Shown: in pieces, positions 60,347 through 64,000 of the stretch
How the letters are laid out: each line of letters begins with the position of its first letter
How positions within the stretch are numbered: the first letter of the stretch is position 1
Assembly (NCBI GenBank): GCA_021781955.1
Contig: JAJXVV010000002.1
Span: 10,730-74,729, forward strand
DNA from: a bacterium
GTDB lineage: Bacteria > Patescibacteriota > Minisyncoccia > Phycocordibacterales > UBA2100
Direction of reading: 5' to 3'
Length of the DNA stretch: 64,000 nucleotides
Notes under the pieces: model-generated
The model's database searches: none
What the model saw: only the letters and a program-made list of their open reading frames with translations
What the model was told of the DNA's origin: nothing
Made by a program: the position numbers and the translations under genes

Positions 60347-61360
60347 ATGGCCGTCCAAAAGTTCACTCATACATATCGGAGTATAGCTTCGCTTTCAAAC
60401 CTTCTCGAAGCATGGAAAGAGTTTGTGCGCGGCAAGCGGCATCGTGCGGACGTACAGGAGTTTGAGCTAAATCTGATGGGCAACGTCCTATCGCTACACA
60501 GCGACCTCACGGCAAAAACCTACAAGCACTCACCGTATGAGGCGTTCAACATTTCGGACCCGAAGCCACGCAACATCCACAAAGCCGCAGTGCGCGACCG
60601 TCTGCTCCACCACGCGCTCTACCGAAAGCTGTATCCGTTTTTCGATAAGACGTTCGTACCGCACTCGTATTCGTGTAGGAGAGGCAAGGGCGGCCATAAA
60701 GCACTCGACTGCTTCCGTAGATTTGCGTATCAGGTATCGCGCAACCACACACGCACGGTCTGGGTGCTGAAGTGCGACATCCGCAAGTTCTTTGCCTCGA
60801 TTGACCATGCGTGCCTTACCGCCATACTGCGGCGCTCTATCGAGGACGAGGATATTCTCTGGCTCTTGTCTCAAATCATCGAGAGTTTCTATTCGACCGA
60901 GAAAGGCGTCGGTCTGCCGCTCGGCAATCTCACCTCGCAACTTCTGGTGAACGTCTACATGAATGAGTTTGACCACTATGTAGCGCGACAACTCCGCATA
61001 CAGCACTACATCCGATACGCAGATGATTTCGTTTTCATGTCCGCCGACAAGCAAGGGCTGATAGAGCTTCTCCCGAGCATACGGGATTTTCTGTGGAACG
61101 AACTGCGGCTCACGCTGCATCCCGATAAGGTTTCTCTACGCACTGTCGCCTCGGGTGTGGATTTTCTCGGATGGGTGCATTTTCCAGACCATCGGGTGCT
61201 GCGTACAACGACGAAAAAGAGAATGTTCCGAGGCATCAGGGCGCAAGAGGGTAAAGAGGAAACGGTGCAGTCCTATTTCGGACTGATGAGCCACGGCAAT
61301 GCAAAGAAACTGCGGCGAGAGGTCGAAGATGAACTGGATGAAATGAAGAACGGCCTATAA
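60347..61360 (+). CDS. DGR reverse transcriptase
   Basis: KPR.I, RDR..HH, SYSCR.GKG, KCDIRKFF, GLPLGNLTSQ, RYADD, DFLG. Confidence 0.93.
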   Translation: MAVQKFTHTYRSIASLSNLLEAWKEFVRGKRHRADVQEFELNLMGNVLSLHSDLTAKTYKHSPYEAFNISDPKPRNIHKAAVRDRLLHHALYRKLYPFFDKTFVPHSYSCRRGKGGHKALDCFRRFAYQVSRNHTRTVWVLKCDIRKFFASIDHACLTAILRRSIEDEDILWLLSQIIESFYSTEKGVGLPLGNLTSQLLVNVYMNEFDHYVARQLRIQHYIRYADDFVFMSADKQGLIELLPSIRDFLWNELRLTLHPDKVSLRTVASGVDFLGWVHFPDHRVLRTTTKKRMFRGIRAQEGKEETVQSYFGLMSHGNAKKLRREVEDELDEMKNGL

Positions 61361-61382
61361 AAGCTGTTTTTCCACACCCTCA

Positions 61383-61411
61383 TTGCACGTTCATCCTCCG
61401 TAGCTTATACT
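61383..61411 (+). promoter_or_regulatory. Sigma70 promoter of a small RNA
   Basis: TTGCAC-N17-TATACT. Confidence 0.65.
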
Positions 61412-61416
61412 TTGCC

Positions 61417-61505
61417 TGTGCTTGTGGGGCGTCAGCCCTATTCGGCTACATCGTAAGCCGAAGGCGAGCACATCAAAGAGCGCCACCGAAGGGTGGTGTT
61501 TTTTG
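61417..61505 (+). ncRNA. Candidate ~90-nt structured small RNA with terminator
   Basis: Three-way junction 61417-61472, then GCGCCACC-GAAG-GGTGGTGT and a T-tract. Confidence 0.6.
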
Positions 61506-61509
61506 TTGG

Positions 61510-61989
61510 CTAATCCTCATCGGGATTGCCTTTCATCGTGCTGATGAGCTTCATGTCGCGGTATTTGTTCGTAATCCAAGCGGGCACGATGCTCCAAAAG
61601 TGGAGCTGGCCGTTGTCGCCGATTTTCCGCACGATAACTTTTATCTTGCGCCCATCAATGATGGCGATGATGCCCCAGTATTTTACGGGCTTGCTTTTGC
61701 GGACGGGCTTCTTGTGGCTTTTCATCTCAAACTCCTTGAGCGTCTCCTCGTACTCTTGGTAGGTCGTCGAACGCTCCACGAGCTTCACAGCCCGCGATAG
61801 GAGCTTGAAGCGGAGTATCTGCGACGGGCGCTCGCGTTCGCTGCGCGAACCCTTGAATACAATGTGATTGAAGCCCTCGGCGGTGAAGTGGACGTAATCG
61901 TTCAGCGCGGGCGAGAACACGGGACCGATGCTGTGGTAGAACTTTTGCGCGTCGGCGCGGAGCTTTTCGTAGTTGGATACGTCTTCCAT
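61510..61989 (-). CDS. Hypothetical protein, possible BECR/RelE-fold RNase
   Basis: VHFT..GF.HI, R...R, then a beta meander YW....IKVIVR..G..HFWS; fold assigned from recall. Confidence 0.55.
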   Translation of the reverse strand: MEDVSNYEKLRADAQKFYHSIGPVFSPALNDYVHFTAEGFNHIVFKGSRSERERPSQILRFKLLSRAVKLVERSTTYQEYEETLKEFEMKSHKKPVRKSKPVKYWGIIAIIDGRKIKVIVRKIGDNGQLHFWSIVPAWITNKYRDMKLISTMKGNPDED

Positions 61990-62080
61990 TGCGAGCAGTT
62001 TACACCGCCGCCATCAAATCTGGTATAGCGATTTTGTACCTGAAATCCGATTTTCCACCCAAAAGTACGGTTCTAACTTC

Positions 62081-62186
62081 GTCCAAGTCCCGCAGCAGTC
62101 TAGTTTAGTATCGATGGACCAAGAGTCGTCTCATATTTTGAGCCGTGTTTTTTGGATGCCCGATTTTAGTCCAAGAGGGGTCAAAA
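62081..62186 (+). repeat. att core right copy plus ~90-bp arm (repeat R1)
   Basis: Core identical to the tRNA 3' end; whole unit repeated at 63592-63699. Confidence 0.85.
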
Positions 62187-62265
62187 GTGCGACTCCAGGT
62201 TTTGAGCCATAAAAGTGGTTCGAGTCTTAGAAAGGTCATTTTGTGTGCAGTGGTATGATTCCGGC

Positions 62266-62964
62266 ATGCAACTAAAGGTTCCCTCTTGGAATATTTGGAT
62301 AGACGGACATTTTGATAGCATCAAAGATTTTCTTCGGGATGCGGATGCCGACATCATCGGGCTTCAAGAGGTGAAAGACGATGACCCGGAGCGTGACGTC
62401 ATCGGGTACCTTACCGAATTAGGCTACCAGCACGTCTTCACGCCCGTAGCAAAGAAATGGAAGGATAAGGTATATAGAGACGGGTGTGCAGTGTTTAGTA
62501 AGCACGAGATTGTCTCCTCCATGGTGCACAAACTATCCGAAAAAGACAGCAGATACGCGCAGCAGGCCGACGTAAAGATAAATGGTTCGATCCTGCACGT
62601 GTTTAGCACTCACCTCATCCACACTCACCAAAAGCCCTCCGAGGTTCAAGAACTCCAGGCAGAAACGCTGGTGGGTATTCTGCCTACAGAGCGAACCATC
62701 GTCATGGGTGATTTCAATGCCACGCCTGATAGCGCCACCATACAAAAGATGAAACGAGACATGTTCTACGATACTGATTCCGCATCCATGCCAACATGGA
62801 GCGTCTACCCGGAGGGGTGCCACATCTGCAACCCTCAAGCAATTGATATAAAACTCGATTACATCTTCGCAAGCAAGGACTTAAAAACAGCCTCGTTCAA
62901 AGTCGAAGAATCGAAAGGTTCGGATCACTTGCCGATCGCGGTTCTCGTGGAGAGAGGGTTATAG
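62266..62964 (+). CDS. EEP family protein
   Basis: SWNI, LQEV, GDFN, LDYIF, SDHLP. Confidence 0.9.
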   Translation: MQLKVPSWNIWIDGHFDSIKDFLRDADADIIGLQEVKDDDPERDVIGYLTELGYQHVFTPVAKKWKDKVYRDGCAVFSKHEIVSSMVHKLSEKDSRYAQQADVKINGSILHVFSTHLIHTHQKPSEVQELQAETLVGILPTERTIVMGDFNATPDSATIQKMKRDMFYDTDSASMPTWSVYPEGCHICNPQAIDIKLDYIFASKDLKTASFKVEESKGSDHLPIAVLVERGL

Positions 62965-62990
62965 TTGTAAGACGTAAGAGATAACCTGGT

Positions 62991-63518
62991 ATGAAACTTG
63001 TTTTGCCGTCGGTCGAGTATAAAGTTTCGTTTATTGAAGCAGTGAAAGAATTGCAGAGCGAGACTACCACGATGACCACGCGCAGGTATCGTGAACTTTC
63101 AATCCCCGAACTCGAAGCTGATTTTGAATCGTTCGCGGAAAAAGAGCGCAGTCACGCACGAGGGAAGAATCAGCCCGAGGGCTATGTGCCTCAGTCGGAA
63201 TTCTGGTTCGTCGACGGCGGTGAGTATATCGGGCATGTCGGTATTCGCCATGAACTCAACGAACACCTCAAGACAATCGGTGGACATATCGGTTATAGCA
63301 TTCGTCCTAGCAAGCGCGGTAAAGGATACGGCAATAAAATTCTAGAATTCGCGCTCCCCAAAGCAAAAGAACTTGGAATCAATTGCGTGCTTCTCACATG
63401 CGATGCAACGAACGTTGCCTCGCGCAAAGTCATAGAAAAAAATGGAGGCGTTCTCGAAAATCAGGTGCCGAACCCGCAAACAGGAATCGATAAGCTACGT
63501 TTTTGGATTGATATTTGA
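62991..63518 (+). CDS. GNAT N-acetyltransferase
   Basis: IRH.LN..L...GGHIGY.IRPSKRGKGYG, N.AS.KVIEKNGG. Confidence 0.9.
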   Translation: MKLVLPSVEYKVSFIEAVKELQSETTTMTTRRYRELSIPELEADFESFAEKERSHARGKNQPEGYVPQSEFWFVDGGEYIGHVGIRHELNEHLKTIGGHIGYSIRPSKRGKGYGNKILEFALPKAKELGINCVLLTCDATNVASRKVIEKNGGVLENQVPNPQTGIDKLRFWIDI

Positions 63519-63591
63519 CCCCTCTCAGACTCGAACCGAAAATCTGAAACCGAAGCCTAGGTTTTAAAGCACGAAATCGGCATTGGTGAAG

Positions 63592-63699
63592 GTCCAAGAG
63601 CAGCAGCAGTCTAGTTTAGTATCGATAGACCAAGACCTGTCTCTATGGTTAGAGCCGTGTTTTTGATATGACCTCGATATCGTCCAAGACGGGTCAAAA
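63592..63699 (+). repeat. Degenerate att core plus arm (repeat R2)
   Basis: 40 of the first 44 nt identical to R1; GAGCCGTGTTTTT and GTCCAAGA.GGGTCAAAA blocks also shared. Confidence 0.8.
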
Positions 63700-63772
63700 A
63701 TGTGTCGACGGACACCACGTTTAACGTCTACGGTACCCCTGCCCAATTCTGTCGCTTCGGTGCACATTTTTG

Positions 63773-63808
63773 AGGTCTCCCGGCTCGGCTCGGGAGACCT
63801 TTGATTTT
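63773..63808 (+). terminator. Hairpin, terminator-like
   Basis: AGGTCTCCCG-N8-CGGGAGACCT followed by a T-rich tail. Confidence 0.45.
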
Positions 63809-64000
63809 CGAAGAACAGAAGTGGGTGGGAACATCTCACCACGCGACCATCACAAGGCCGCTTTCAATTCGAGAAAATCCCCCGCACAGAGCGGGAAGCA
63901 AAGGTGGGCGAGCGGACTTAATTTTAGGTGCGCCCGGATCACCTTGAACTTCGGGCATAAAATGGGAGCCCGCGCCGATACTCTGGCGCGGGCTTCAAAG

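Larger units (their letters stand above)
48328..62097. mobile_element. ~13.8-kb integrative element in tRNA-Gln (serine recombinase, Rep-like protein, R-M, DGR)
   Basis: 17-bp direct repeat GTCCAAGTCCCGCAGCA at both ends; recombinase at the left end; lower GC. Confidence 0.9.

Noticed and set aside
60347-61360. RT as a group II intron or retron enzyme
   Set aside because: LGNLTSQ motif, small size, Avd and an A-specific TR/VR pair identify a DGR RT; no intron domain V or msr-msd seen
62081-63699. Classical integron attC array or CRISPR
   Set aside because: No RYYYAAC/GTTRRRY ends, no IntI or cas genes, and only two long repeats 1.5 kb apart; no CRISPR array was seen anywhere in the window
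63564-63842. 92-aa minus-strand ORF
   Set aside because: Runs through repeat R2 and a hairpin; no protein-like motifs

Overview
Bacterial chromosome segment, GC-rich in the core and visibly more AT-rich in the accessory parts. Gene content points to Patescibacteria/CPR, Parcubacteria-like (inference). Core region (1-48.3 kb): a B12-dependent class II ribonucleotide reductase with a cobalamin adenosyltransferase and a BtuM-like membrane protein; an ECF sigma/anti-sigma pair; two type IV pilus clusters with comF; ligA, gatCA, a short prfB, ftsEX, pyrG, guaB, adenosine deaminase, a pseudouridine synthase and 7 tRNAs. Decayed islands follow tRNA-Ser and tRNA-fMet. A ~13.8 kb integrative element sits in tRNA-Gln, bounded by a perfect 17-bp att repeat (48328-48344 and 62081-62097). 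It carries a large serine recombinase, a putative replication initiator, a type III-like R-M pair and a complete diversity-generating retroelement (DGR). In the DGR all 21 VR/TR mismatches fall on TR adenines, and avd is antisense with a G12 tract that breaks its likely start. The element also holds several unannotated structured RNAs: a C4-like antisense RNA before mod, an attenuator before the recombinase, and a stand-alone small RNA convergent on a putative RNase gene. Integration swaps the recombinase C-terminus. Beyond the element, an att-core-anchored repeat brackets a two-gene cassette. Many genes appear to be transcribed leaderless. All calls come from reading motifs by eye; no database searches were run.
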